IMG/VR virus record: IMGVR_UViG_3300027754_005401
Reading direction: 5' to 3' (one strand)
Length of the DNA: 59,495 bases
Source of the DNA: an uncultured virus (IMG/VR IMGVR_UViG_3300027754_005401)
Taxonomy: Duplodnaviria; Heunggongvirae; Uroviricota; Caudoviricetes
Both the position numbers and the translations under genes were made by a program. Under the pieces are notes generated by a model. It did no database searches. It was not told the DNA's origin and saw only the letters and a program-made list of their open reading frames with translations. Shown here in pieces: positions 20,512-33,881 of this stretch; position 1 is the stretch's first letter; the number at the start of each line of letters is the position of its first letter.

Positions 20512-21159
20512 ATGAAGTTAAATTTTAAATTATGGTTTGAAGCTATTACTCTTGGCACTGAAGAAGTAGATGAGAGACAAATTGATTCTGCTTATAAAAA
20601 TGCAAAGTATGCTGTTAAACTTGTTCAAATGTATGACAAATCTTTGCCTTTAAATGATAAATTGCTTTTAAATGTAAGTACTATAGCCACTTTAAATCAA
20701 GGAGTTTATGGACTGTATAATTCTAAAGAAGCTAAAGAAGTAATAACAAATCAAATACCTCCTCAGATTTTAAACAAAATTAAAATGATTTTTGGTAATG
20801 ATATAATTGGAAAAGAATCAATTGATAATCTTTCAAGAGATACCATAAAAGGCATACCTTTGGCTGTAATTAAGCAAAAAATACCAGAAATAAATGTGTC
20901 TATGCTAAAATCATCTGATGTTATTCATGTTAATGTACAAAAACATGTCTCTGAACATGGTGATACCGCAGAAGGAATATTTGAATTAGCTAGTACTATT
21001 GTTCATGAATCTCAACATGCTTTAGATATGTCAAAAAATAATAAAACTGATGAAGGATCTGCTAAAGGAGCAGAAAAAAGATTTTCTGATTGGTTTAAAA
21101 GAAATATAAATCAAATAAAAAGTCAAATTCCTTTATTTGCAAGCATAAATATATCTTAA
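20512..21159 (+). CDS. CTS-tagged putative zinc metallopeptidase
   Basis: MKLNFKLWFE; TIVHESQH followed by DE.SA; TATAAATA upstream. Confidence 0.75.
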   Translation: MKLNFKLWFEAITLGTEEVDERQIDSAYKNAKYAVKLVQMYDKSLPLNDKLLLNVSTIATLNQGVYGLYNSKEAKEVITNQIPPQILNKIKMIFGNDIIGKESIDNLSRDTIKGIPLAVIKQKIPEINVSMLKSSDVIHVNVQKHVSEHGDTAEGIFELASTIVHESQHALDMSKNNKTDEGSAKGAEKRFSDWFKRNINQIKSQIPLFASINIS

Positions 21160-21171
21160 CGAAAGGTAAAC

Positions 21172-21411
21172 ATGAAAACATTTAATGTGTGGCTTGAAGA
21201 AATGAGTAAAAAAGATTTAAATGAAGCAAGAAAACATAATACTTTAAATAAGAAAAGCAAAAAGAAAAGCAAAAAGAAAGTAGCTGGCGATATTACTGGC
21301 GATGGAAAAGCTGACTTTGCCGATGTTATGACAAGCAGAATGATTGCTAGTGGAATACCAAAAAATATTGCAATTTTTAAATCTAAAAAATATAAAACTA
21401 AATCTAAATAA
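21172..21411 (+). CDS. CTS-tagged small basic protein with dockerin/EF-hand-like loop
   Basis: MKTFNVWLEE; Lys tract; GDITGDGKADFADV. Confidence 0.75.
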   Translation: MKTFNVWLEEMSKKDLNEARKHNTLNKKSKKKSKKKVAGDITGDGKADFADVMTSRMIASGIPKNIAIFKSKKYKTKSK

Positions 21412-21414
21412 ATC

Positions 21415-21618
21415 ATGAAAACATTTAAAGAATATTTAAAAGACTTTTATGGTGAAGAAATAGTTGGAATTTATCCACCGTTATATAATGGAGTTGGACA
21501 ATATCCTCCTCTTGCTAATCAAACTGGATCAGATATGGTTTATGTTAAAGCAAGTAGAGAGAGCTTAAATAAGAAAAAAAAGAAAAAAAGAAAAAAGAAA
21601 CATTTAAAAAATAATTAA
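21415..21618 (+). CDS. CTS-tagged small basic protein
   Basis: [12 protein letters not shown] twice; poly-Lys tail. Confidence 0.7.
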   Translation: MKTFKEYLKDFYGEEIVGIYPPLYNGVGQYPPLANQTGSDMVYVKASRESLNKKKKKKRKKKHLKNN

Positions 21619-21632
21619 TTCATATTCATAAT

Positions 21633-22292
21633 ATGAAACCATTTGAGTATTATTTAATAAAAGACATTAAAGATTTACCAACCGAAATTTGGAAGTCTTT
21701 GCCCGAATACGAAGAATGGTTTGCAATTTCAAATTTAGGAAGAATAAAAAGATTAAACAATACTTCTATTTTTAGAAGAAAAGGTTCAAGCAAAATTACT
21801 CAGAGAATAATTAATGAAAACATAGTAAAGCCATATGTTACTAATACAGGTTATATTAAATTTAGATCTTCACATCAAAAATACCCATTCGCAGAAATAA
21901 ATAAATTTTCTTTTAGAGTTCATAGAAAAGTTGCAGAAGCTTTTATAGAAAATACCAATAAATATACTCAAGTAAATCATATCAATGGAATTAAATGGGA
22001 TAATAGAGTAGAAAACTTAGAATGGTGTACTCCTTCGCAAAACTGTAGTCATAATTTTAATTTTCTTAAATTGCAAGATAACAAAAGCAAGCTTCTTTTG
22101 CAGTCTTTAAATAAAGTAAAAGTAGTAAAATTTTCTTCAAATAATGAATTTTTAGAAATTTATGATTGTGTTGAAACGGCTGCAATTAAAAATAATTGTA
22201 ATTCCATTGGTATTTGTAAAAACTTATTAGAAAAAAATACTTTTTATGCTGGCTATAAATGGGAATATTATAATAGAAATAAGTTATTTTAA
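21633..22292 (+). CDS. NUMOD4-HNH homing endonuclease
   Basis: [15 protein letters not shown] (NUMOD4), [30 protein letters not shown] (HNH), NUMOD1-like tail. Confidence 0.92.
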   Translation: MKPFEYYLIKDIKDLPTEIWKSLPEYEEWFAISNLGRIKRLNNTSIFRRKGSSKITQRIINENIVKPYVTNTGYIKFRSSHQKYPFAEINKFSFRVHRKVAEAFIENTNKYTQVNHINGIKWDNRVENLEWCTPSQNCSHNFNFLKLQDNKSKLLLQSLNKVKVVKFSSNNEFLEIYDCVETAAIKNNCNSIGICKNLLEKNTFYAGYKWEYYNRNKLF

Positions 22293-22303
22293 ATATATAC
22301 AAC

Positions 22304-23287
22304 ATGAGATTTAAACAATGGTTTAATGAGGCTACAATTGAAATGAATCCTTGGGAAGCTATGAAAATTATGGAACTGCAAAGTTTACAAGGTAAACTTA
22401 TAGATGCAAAAGATTTAAGAAAGAAATTTTTTGAACTTTCCAGAAAATATCACCCCGATCTAAATATTGGTAATGAAAATGCTTTAGAAATGATGGTTAA
22501 ACTCAATAATGCAAATACCATATTAAGTAAATTTGTAGAACAAGGCAAGCCTTTACCGTTAGAAGAAAAAACATCAAGTAATTATTCAAAAGAACCATCT
22601 GGTTCTTATGGTGGTTTTAAAAAAGGCAGACCAAAAGATTCTAAGACTGTAACCGAAGAAGATGTTATGGATTGGTGTAAAGAAACATTACAAAAAAAAA
22701 GAATGGTATTGTTTACTCATTACCCATACACAGGATTTGATCGTGGTGTAAAAATTGGGTTTGGCCCTTATGGTGTAAAGAAATCACAATTTGCTCTTCC
22801 TGAAGATACTACACCAGAAAAATTATTTGATATAATTAAAAAAAATATTCCTAATTTTCCAAATAACTTAATTGATATTGGCCATTCAAAATATTTTGAA
22901 TCATATTTAACATTTTTAAATAAAAATAACAACTATAGATCTATAAGCTTAGAATTTAAAAGATCACCAATTAAAAAAGAAACTGGCGTTGGAATGTTAA
23001 GAGAAGAAATATTGAAATATTTTGAAAAAAAAGGTCTAACTGTCTTAAGACAAACAAAGCAAGCTGATTTTTTTGGTTTTGACAATCAACCAATTCAAGA
23101 ATCTGCTTTTATTAGGGTTAAACAAAGAAAAGCAGATGTTGTTTCTGTGCAAACAGTTGATTATGGATATAAAAAAGTAAACAATGATGTTGTGGTAACT
23201 AAAGAATTTTACTTTAATACAGTTACTGAAAATACATTAGATTCTTTAATTTTAGTATTAAATAGAAGATTGAAAAAAGAAGAATGA
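22304..23287 (+). CDS. CTS-tagged J-domain (DnaJ-like) protein
   Basis: MRFKQWFNE; LRKKFFELSRKYHPDLN...LNNANTIL. Confidence 0.85.
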   Translation: MRFKQWFNEATIEMNPWEAMKIMELQSLQGKLIDAKDLRKKFFELSRKYHPDLNIGNENALEMMVKLNNANTILSKFVEQGKPLPLEEKTSSNYSKEPSGSYGGFKKGRPKDSKTVTEEDVMDWCKETLQKKRMVLFTHYPYTGFDRGVKIGFGPYGVKKSQFALPEDTTPEKLFDIIKKNIPNFPNNLIDIGHSKYFESYLTFLNKNNNYRSISLEFKRSPIKKETGVGMLREEILKYFEKKGLTVLRQTKQADFFGFDNQPIQESAFIRVKQRKADVVSVQTVDYGYKKVNNDVVVTKEFYFNTVTENTLDSLILVLNRRLKKEE

Positions 23288-23736
23288 AATTCAAACAATG
23301 GATAATGACAGAAGAATTAATTTCATCTTTACCAAGAGATGATTCTGGATCTCCAATTGCATGGGAAGAAGACAACTATAGAATAACAATTTATAATACT
23401 AGTAATTATTTCAACACTTATTTAATGCACGATGAAAAACCTTGGAAACAAATTGGTTCACTTAAAACAAAAATATCTACAAAAAAAATAAATGGCGATA
23501 AAATTAAATACGCTGAAGTTTCTAGCATATCTCTTCATAAAGAACACCAAAATAAAGGCTTTGGAACTAAACTTTATAAAACATTATTGAAATATTTACC
23601 AGATGATATTGTTGGCATTGGATCAAATTTACAATATAGAATAAATAAAAAAGAAATACCTAAAATATATGAAAAACTAGGATATGAATCTTATAATGAC
23701 GGTGATTTTCAATTGATAAAAAAAAATATTGCATAA
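23284..23736 (+). CDS. CTS-tagged GNAT acetyltransferase
   Basis: MKFKQWIMTE; HQNKGFGTKLY acetyl-CoA motif; YEKLGY. Confidence 0.85.
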   Translation: MKFKQWIMTEELISSLPRDDSGSPIAWEEDNYRITIYNTSNYFNTYLMHDEKPWKQIGSLKTKISTKKINGDKIKYAEVSSISLHKEHQNKGFGTKLYKTLLKYLPDDIVGIGSNLQYRINKKEIPKIYEKLGYESYNDGDFQLIKKNIA

Positions 23737-23748
23737 GACTTTGAATTT

Positions 23749-23988
23749 TTATTTACCAAGCATTTTTCTAACTCTGAGTAATGATTGTAGATCATTAAAC
23801 TCATTTTCTGTTAATGGATCTAAACTTGGGCTTGTTGAAATATTATCTATCATTTTTTCTATAGTTTTAACTATTTCTACTTTTATACTATATGCTTTGC
23901 TGCTGTAAAAACCTGATAAATATGACATTACTGAGAAAAATAAAATTATAAAGAAAATCATTAAAACATCTTTGTCATCTTTTTCCAT
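23749..23988 (-). CDS. small membrane protein
   Basis: VLMIFFIILFFSVMSYLSGF; GGA RBS. Confidence 0.7.
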   Translation of the reverse strand: MEKDDKDVLMIFFIILFFSVMSYLSGFYSSKAYSIKVEIVKTIEKMIDNISTSPSLDPLTENEFNDLQSLLRVRKMLGK

Positions 23989-24004
23989 TGTAATATTCCT
24001 TCGC

Positions 24005-24589
24005 TTAAATTTTTTGTTTCTCCCTTGTTAATACAACCTTGTATCTTTCTATATTCTTCATTGAATCTTCACACCATTCTTTATGTATTACTAATTTTTT
24101 ATTTATTAAATCATTTATCTGATTTTTGTAAATTCTTACCGCTATGTCATTCGGAGAAAATCCAGAATATATCTTGTGAGGTAGATTTTCTAGCATCCAT
24201 TCTAATGATATTTTACCAAATATAAAATATTCCTTGCATTTGGTTAAAGCTACTTTTGCATTTTGTTCACATGCCTTCTTTATAGAAAACACTTTGAATG
24301 AATAAAAATTATTTAAAAACTCTGGTGCAGTTTTTATTTCTATTAATTCTTCTTTTCCATTTATTATGTATTTTTTGTCAACATTGTGATTCTTTAAATT
24401 ATTTTCTATTAAGTTACCTGAATTATCAATTCCATTTTCACTTAATACTATTTTAGTTTTCATTCTGTTTTCAAATTCAATTCTTAAGCACTCGCCATAA
24501 ATTGACTCTCTCTCAGTATAATCATAAATATTACTCGCAAACACTTCTTCAGATCTGTTGTCTTTTCTAAAACATAATGAATTATTCAT
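24005..24589 (-). CDS. putative PD-(D/E)xK nuclease-fold protein
   Basis: NVD...LIEIKT motif. Confidence 0.55.
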   Translation of the reverse strand: MNNSLCFRKDNRSEEVFASNIYDYTERESIYGECLRIEFENRMKTKIVLSENGIDNSGNLIENNLKNHNVDKKYIINGKEELIEIKTAPEFLNNFYSFKVFSIKKACEQNAKVALTKCKEYFIFGKISLEWMLENLPHKIYSGFSPNDIAVRIYKNQINDLINKKLVIHKEWCEDSMKNIERYKVVLTREKQKI

Positions 24590-24713
24590 AATAATATTCT
24601 AGCATTTATTGGTTTAAATAACAAATATAGCTTACTAACATTAATTTCGTAAACTTATAAATAATTTATATGGTTATTGCATAAATAACTTATTAATTTA
24701 AACAAGGAATATC

Positions 24714-25184
24714 ATGAAATCATTTAAAGAATTCTTAAAACAAAAAATGCATAACGAACAGATGGATATGCCACCACCAGCTATAGTTAAAAGTTCAGAA
24801 GGTGATGGTAGCATGAAATCTTATATGCCAACAAAATTTCCTCACCCTTACAAATCTGTTTTTGATCAACCTTCAATGGCTACTACAAAAACTTCAATGG
24901 CTGTTGAAAAAACATTAACAAACGCAACTGATTTAAAAGAAAACGATCCTAGAATTCAAGATGTAGTAAATGTAATTAAAAATATTTCGCAAAGAAAATT
25001 AGATAGATATCACCTTGCAAACATTGCTGCACTAAAAGAACTATATTTAGGACACGATGATACTCTTACTGGTAATTCTGGTGCAATTCGTGACGATGAA
25101 TATCGTAACAAAAAAGAAAATTGGAAAAGTTTAGAATTAAGTATTTTGACAAAAGATGCACTCAATCACATAAAAGGAAAATAA
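24714..25184 (+). CDS. CTS-tagged hypothetical protein
   Basis: MKSFKEFLKQKMHNEQMDMPPP, N-terminus shared with 40156; TTGCATAAATA and AAGGA upstream. Confidence 0.8.
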   Translation: MKSFKEFLKQKMHNEQMDMPPPAIVKSSEGDGSMKSYMPTKFPHPYKSVFDQPSMATTKTSMAVEKTLTNATDLKENDPRIQDVVNVIKNISQRKLDRYHLANIAALKELYLGHDDTLTGNSGAIRDDEYRNKKENWKSLELSILTKDALNHIKGK

Positions 25185-26698
25185 TTAAATTTAAAGAATG
25201 GTTATTACTAATTGAATCTGTATCAATTTCTCAATCTTTGAAGAAATTTAAAAATAATAAAGATTTTGAAAAAACATATAATATTGCTTTTAAGAAAATC
25301 AGCAGTTTGCCTCCTAATGTATCAGAAAAACTAAAAAGAATTTATGTAAATTATTTTGCATTTCATGCTTTTAATGCAAAAGAAAAAACTGTTTCACCTG
25401 ACATAAAGAATTTTATTGATAGCAATATGTCTACTAAAATAAATACTTTTAAAGATTATTTGGTTGCAAACAAAGATAATAATACTTTGACATCTAAATT
25501 AAACAATCCTGAGTTTTCGTTTGAAAAATTAGAAGTAGAAAGTATATTGTGGCATGAAGAATTAAAAGTTAAAAAAATAAAACCAGCTAGAGAAGCTGAC
25601 ACATTTATTGATTTATCTCACTTGGGATCTCAATGGAAAGCATGGAGATGGGTTTCTTTAAATAAAGCTTCTTGTGAACAAGAAGCAAACTCTATGGGTC
25701 ACTGTGGTAATGCTGGATCTAAAACAGGAGATAATATACTATCTTTGAGAGATCCACAAAATATACCACACCTTACATTTATTGAAAATAGAGGCGTTTT
25801 AGGCGAAATGAAAGGCAGAGGCAATGATAAACCATCACCTAAATATCATTTACCAATTATAGAATTGCTTAAAAACAATAAAATACTATCAGTAAGAGGT
25901 GGTGGACATGCTCCAGAAAATAATTTTTCATTAGATGATTTAAGTAATAAAGAAGCCTTGTTGAAAATAAAACCAAACTTAGATTTTAATGTTTATAAAA
26001 AAGAATTTATTAATTCCTTGTTGAAGCTTCCTGATAATGAAAAAATTAATGAAATAGAATATATCTTAGATGAACAATTTACTTTAGATGAACATGAAGA
26101 TTTTGTTTATAGTAAATTTGAAAGCACTGAAGAATTTTTATCTTGGATGAATAAATTTACTAGTTCAAATATAAAAAGAAACCTTAATTTTAGATTTTTA
26201 GATGAAATGATGGATCATATAGATATAGATATATCAGGCGAAGAAATAAAAGAAGCAATTGAATATATTGATGAATTTAATTTTGAAAAAATTAAAAAAC
26301 TAGCAAAAAATGAAAATGTTTCTTTAGAAGAACCAAAAGATATTCTAGAATTAGCAGATTCATATTTTAAAGATGATATCATGCAGCACATTACTGATGC
26401 TTTAAGAAATGCATATGAACAAAGTATGTCAGATGAAATTTGGGATGATTTTAAATCTTCTTTTGAAAGCAATGAAGACAAAAATTATTTGTTAAATAAA
26501 ATTTATTATTCAGATGATATAAGAATTGTTTTAAACAAAAAATTACTAAATGATATTTTAACCAAATTTTCCAGCGAATCAAATACTGAAAATTTTCAAA
26601 ACTTATTAGAAGAAATAAAATATACTTATTATCCAGCAGATGTTTATCCTATTTTAAACAAAGAATCTTTTAATCAATATTTAAAAAGTTTAATTTAA
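25184..26698 (+). CDS. CTS-tagged protein with PcfJ-like domain; probable ATT start
   Basis: (I)KFKEWLLLIE; EANSMGHCG...LSLRD..PHLT..EMKGRGNDKP; AAGGA 5 nt before ATT. Confidence 0.75.
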   Translation: MKFKEWLLLIESVSISQSLKKFKNNKDFEKTYNIAFKKISSLPPNVSEKLKRIYVNYFAFHAFNAKEKTVSPDIKNFIDSNMSTKINTFKDYLVANKDNNTLTSKLNNPEFSFEKLEVESILWHEELKVKKIKPAREADTFIDLSHLGSQWKAWRWVSLNKASCEQEANSMGHCGNAGSKTGDNILSLRDPQNIPHLTFIENRGVLGEMKGRGNDKPSPKYHLPIIELLKNNKILSVRGGGHAPENNFSLDDLSNKEALLKIKPNLDFNVYKKEFINSLLKLPDNEKINEIEYILDEQFTLDEHEDFVYSKFESTEEFLSWMNKFTSSNIKRNLNFRFLDEMMDHIDIDISGEEIKEAIEYIDEFNFEKIKKLAKNENVSLEEPKDILELADSYFKDDIMQHITDALRNAYEQSMSDEIWDDFKSSFESNEDKNYLLNKIYYSDDIRIVLNKKLLNDILTKFSSESNTENFQNLLEEIKYTYYPADVYPILNKESFNQYLKSLI

Positions 26699-26738
26699 AT
26701 TAATATATAACATGAATAAAATAAATTAAAGGAATTAT

Positions 26739-28193
<1,455 letters not shown>

Positions 28194-28200
28194 ATAAATT

Positions 28201-28722
28201 ATGAAATTTAAACTTTGGCTGGAAAATGAATCTAATGATCTTCTAAATTGGTTGAAAAGTAAACCGCAATCAACCTTAACAAAATCTTGGGAAGATGAAT
28301 CTTCTACAGATTATTTGATAACAACTAAATTAAAAGATGATTCATTTATTCATTTTACTTTAAAAGATAGAGCATTGAAAATACTAGAAACTAAAAAAAT
28401 ATTGGCTAAACCACCACACGAAAGATATTTGTATTTCGGTGCTTATGCTATATCAGTAAACTTTGGATATCTTGTAGAAGATGTACAAATTAATCATGTT
28501 AAAGAAAATGAAACAAAAGAAAACCCAGCAGTTGCTGTTAAATTTAAAACTAATACTTTCCCACATAGAAAGATTGGACACCCAGAAGAGATAAATTGGG
28601 ATCGTGATGTTAATATTATTGGTGCTGAAATTATTAAAGTGTCAGATGCATTAAATGTGCTTAAAAACAATAAACCAAACCTTAAAGAAAACGATGGCTA
28701 CTCAATAGAGTACAAAAAGTAA
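28201..28722 (+). CDS. CTS-tagged hypothetical protein
   Basis: MKFKLWLENE; ATAAATA upstream; IHFT...ILETK weakly ART-like. Confidence 0.75.
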   Translation: MKFKLWLENESNDLLNWLKSKPQSTLTKSWEDESSTDYLITTKLKDDSFIHFTLKDRALKILETKKILAKPPHERYLYFGAYAISVNFGYLVEDVQINHVKENETKENPAVAVKFKTNTFPHRKIGHPEEINWDRDVNIIGAEIIKVSDALNVLKNNKPNLKENDGYSIEYKK

Positions 28723-28725
28723 ATT

Positions 28726-29505
28726 ATGAAAATTGAAAATACTATTTTTACATGTACAACATTTTTTGACTTTGAATTACAAGATAAATGGAATTTTTTT
28801 TGTAATGCAATTGACAGTATTTTGGAAAATCACAAAAAAAATACTTTAGATAAAATAAAAAAATGGATAATTGTCAATGAATATTCAATGTACCCAAAAA
28901 GAGATTGGGCAGCTGCTGTTCATGAAAAATATCCATTTATTGAATTAATTCAAAAGTGTAAAAAAGAGATTGGACAAGCATCCTCACTTAATATCATTCT
29001 TGAAGAAATTAAAAAATATACATATTGGATTCATTGGGAAGAATCGTGGTATTGCAAAAACCCATGTTTAAATCGCATGTTTGATATTATGCATCATACA
29101 AATATCACACAGTTACAATGTACAGAGGAGAATGGAATACCAAGTTGGATCGATTCAAATGCTCACCCTCGCTACCTAAAAAAAACTGCAAAAGGAACTA
29201 TGTTTTATGAAATTTATCCTTCTGCTGGAACCTATGAATACCTTCATGAACAAACTTCTAAATTCGACAATTCTTATACTAATACTGCTATTAGTAAATG
29301 GCCTTTGTATTCATTGATGCCTTCTATAAACCGTGTAAGTCACTATAATATTGGAGATTTTTCTACATCACCAAAACACTGGCCATTTAGGTTTGAATGG
29401 GATTTTGGTAAACGATGGCTCTTGGCAGGAAATACAAAGGCTGTACTTCCAGATGGCCCAGTTATGCGAGATAAAAAAAAACATAAAAGTACATGGTCTA
29501 AATGA
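28726..29505 (+). CDS. glycosyltransferase (GT2-like)
   Basis: IIVNE, GQASSLN, YWIHWEESW (HxEDDW variant), YSLMPS. Confidence 0.7.
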   Translation: MKIENTIFTCTTFFDFELQDKWNFFCNAIDSILENHKKNTLDKIKKWIIVNEYSMYPKRDWAAAVHEKYPFIELIQKCKKEIGQASSLNIILEEIKKYTYWIHWEESWYCKNPCLNRMFDIMHHTNITQLQCTEENGIPSWIDSNAHPRYLKKTAKGTMFYEIYPSAGTYEYLHEQTSKFDNSYTNTAISKWPLYSLMPSINRVSHYNIGDFSTSPKHWPFRFEWDFGKRWLLAGNTKAVLPDGPVMRDKKKHKSTWSK

Positions 29506-29540
29506 TTTAAGATTTTTTAAAAATAGAAATTGATTTATTA

Positions 29541-29611
29541 CACAAATACATTATTTCCATTTGTTTTTAATGTCTCGTAATGCTCGCCATCTATGTCCGT
29601 TCCTTCTTCAT
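29541..29611 (-). pseudogene. orphan duplicate of the 3' end of gene 30879-31238
   Basis: 66 of 71 bp identical to 30888-30958; encodes EGTDIDGEHYETLKTNGNNVFV* with no start. Confidence 0.85.
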
Positions 29612-29645
29612 TATTCTTTTATTATTTATTAATTTCTAATATTTA

Positions 29646-30821
29646 TTAAACAACGGTTATTGCCATAGTAACCTCATAACCTGCATCTACACTTATAAAT
29701 CCTTTTTTTGTTCCAAATGCTCTTATTGGATTTAGGTTTCCCTTTTTTTGGAAATCATTACCGAATTTATTATTTCCAAATTGTCCAAAGGTATTAGTAC
29801 CCCAACAAAACAATTGACCAGCTTTTATCGCTGCTGTGTGACTCCATCCACAAGAGACTTGTTTCCAATTTGTTCCATATGTTGTTGTTTGTACTGGTGA
29901 TGATTTTGTTTGAAGTCCAGGTTTGCCAGTACCAAGCTGACCATGATCATTATTACCCCAACACCATAATGTTCCGTCTGTCTTTATTGCTGCTGTGTGC
30001 CTATGACCACAAGAAACTTGTTTCCAATTTGTTCCAAATGCAATTGTTTGAACTGGCGAGCTTCTATTTGTTCTTGTGTTATCGCCCAATTGCCCATAAG
30101 GATTTTCTCCCCAACACCATAATGTTCCGTCTGTTTTTATCGCAGCTGTGTGAAGACCACCACAAGATACTTGATTCCAATTTGTTCCAAGTGCTGTTGT
30201 TTGAACTGGTGAGTTTTTGTAACCATTTGTATTGTCGCCAAGTTGACCATCGAAGTTTATTCCCCAACACCATAATGTTCCGTCTGTCTTTATTGCTGCT
30301 GTGTGTGCCCCACCACTAGCAGAAACTTGCTTCCAATTTGTTCCAAAGGTAACTGTTTGAACTGGTGAACTTCTAGAAGAGGTCAAGGTGTTGACAACGC
30401 CTAATTGACCATAGCCGTTATCACCCCACAACCATAATGTTCCATCTGTTTTTATACCTGCTGTATGTGCACCTCCACAAGAAACCTGTTCCCAGTTATT
30501 ACCTCTAGTAATTGTTTGTACTGGTGATGATTTACCAACTACTGTATTATCACCAAGCTTTCCAGTCGTTGTTCTTTTTATTAGTGGTTCATAACCCCAC
30601 AACCATAATGTTCCGTCACTTTTTATACCTGCTGTATGTCCAAATCCACAAGAAACCTGTTTCCAGTTATTACCTCTAGCAATTGTTTGTACTGGTGAGC
30701 TTCTATGTACTATTGTGTTATCTCCAAGTTTTCCATTGTGGTTTGCTTGATCTCCTTTTGGTGGGAAACCACCATCATTTAAACCAGAACCAAATAAAAA
30801 ACCGCTAGTATTCAATGTCAT
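29646..30821 (-). CDS. RCC1-repeat beta-propeller protein
   Basis: Repeated WKQVSCG..HTAAIKTDGTLWCWG.N..GQLG...SSPVQT. Confidence 0.95.
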   Translation of the reverse strand: MTLNTSGFLFGSGLNDGGFPPKGDQANHNGKLGDNTIVHRSSPVQTIARGNNWKQVSCGFGHTAGIKSDGTLWLWGYEPLIKRTTTGKLGDNTVVGKSSPVQTITRGNNWEQVSCGGAHTAGIKTDGTLWLWGDNGYGQLGVVNTLTSSRSSPVQTVTFGTNWKQVSASGGAHTAAIKTDGTLWCWGINFDGQLGDNTNGYKNSPVQTTALGTNWNQVSCGGLHTAAIKTDGTLWCWGENPYGQLGDNTRTNRSSPVQTIAFGTNWKQVSCGHRHTAAIKTDGTLWCWGNNDHGQLGTGKPGLQTKSSPVQTTTYGTNWKQVSCGWSHTAAIKAGQLFCWGTNTFGQFGNNKFGNDFQKKGNLNPIRAFGTKKGFISVDAGYEVTMAITVV

Positions 30822-30878
30822 AGTTTACTCTTTTCTTTGTTGATATTTTTTAAAAACAACATAATATATATTAATTAT

Positions 30879-31238
30879 TTAATAATTCACAAATACATTT
30901 TTACCATTTGTTTTTAATGTATCGTAATGCTCGCCATCTATATCCGTTCCTTTTTCATCATACCAATATGGATTTACTCTTGGATTGTAAAATATACACT
31001 TGCCACTAATATCTGTTGCAGACTCTATCTTTACCCACTCACATTTAATCCAAGAACATACAGTTTTACTACCACCCTTATAAATCTTATTAGCTGTTTT
31101 TTTACTATTGCACAAAACACAATTATATAAAGTTAACTTTACGGCCATAGGATCAAAATAACTTTTAATACCATCGTCATCTGTTATTTGCCATTTCTTG
31201 AAATTCTTACCCTTGCCTAAATGAAATCTAACTTTCAT
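30879..31238 (-). CDS. conserved-looking hypothetical phage protein
   Basis: MKVRFHLGKGKNFKKWQI...YNPRVNPYW; AAGGA RBS. Confidence 0.8.
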   Translation of the reverse strand: MKVRFHLGKGKNFKKWQITDDDGIKSYFDPMAVKLTLYNCVLCNSKKTANKIYKGGSKTVCSWIKCEWVKIESATDISGKCIFYNPRVNPYWYDEKGTDIDGEHYDTLKTNGKNVFVNY

Positions 31239-31605
31239 TACTGTTCCTTTTATTTCTTATTAATAACTCGCCTACAACTTCTATTTTACCTACTAACTTT
31301 TGAAAATCAGATTGATCCATCTCAGAAATTTTATTCATGTGTGAATGTAGTTCGGAACATAATTCTTTGTATTCATCTTGAAATTTCTTACGATTAAATT
31401 TACCTGCTGATGCTTTTTTGTAATATGCTAACTTAACATGAAAATGATCATAAGTCAATAATGCAATTCCACCTTTTTCTTTTGCATTGTTTGCAATTTT
31501 CTCTGCTCCCTCTTCTCTCTTCTTTGCAAAATCTTCTATTGATAAGTCTTCTTGCTCTGTAAGCAACCCAGATAATCTTAACATTTCTTCATTTAACTTA
31601 TTCAT
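31228..31605 (-). CDS. hypothetical protein with MLRLSGL N-terminal motif
   Basis: 125 aa, overlaps the next gene. Confidence 0.8.
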   Translation of the reverse strand: MNKLNEEMLRLSGLLTEQEDLSIEDFAKKREEGAEKIANNAKEKGGIALLTYDHFHVKLAYYKKASAGKFNRKKFQDEYKELCSELHSHMNKISEMDQSDFQKLVGKIEVVGELLIRNKRNSNES

Positions 31606-31664
31606 TTATTATCTTTCTTTTTAAATATAATATATATTTTTAATATATACTGTTATAAAAATAA

Positions 31665-33734
<2,070 letters not shown>

Positions 33735-33772
33735 TTTTAATAATTTATTTTATTAGAATTAAAACAATATAT

Positions 33773-33797
33773 AAGCTACATGTAAAACATGTAGCTT
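33773..33797 (+). terminator. probable intrinsic terminator
   Basis: aagctacatgt-aaa-acatgtagctt, 11-bp stem after the fibre gene; weak T tail. Confidence 0.65.
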
Positions 33798-33881
33798 GTA
33801 TATTTTAATTACATTGAATTTTACACAAGAAAGAAAGTAAATCAATGAAAATAACAAATAAAAATGCAATCAAAGATGCTA

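Noticed and set aside
29541..30958. DGR template/variable repeat pair
   Set aside because: The five mismatches are not confined to adenines on one strand, and no reverse transcriptase is present
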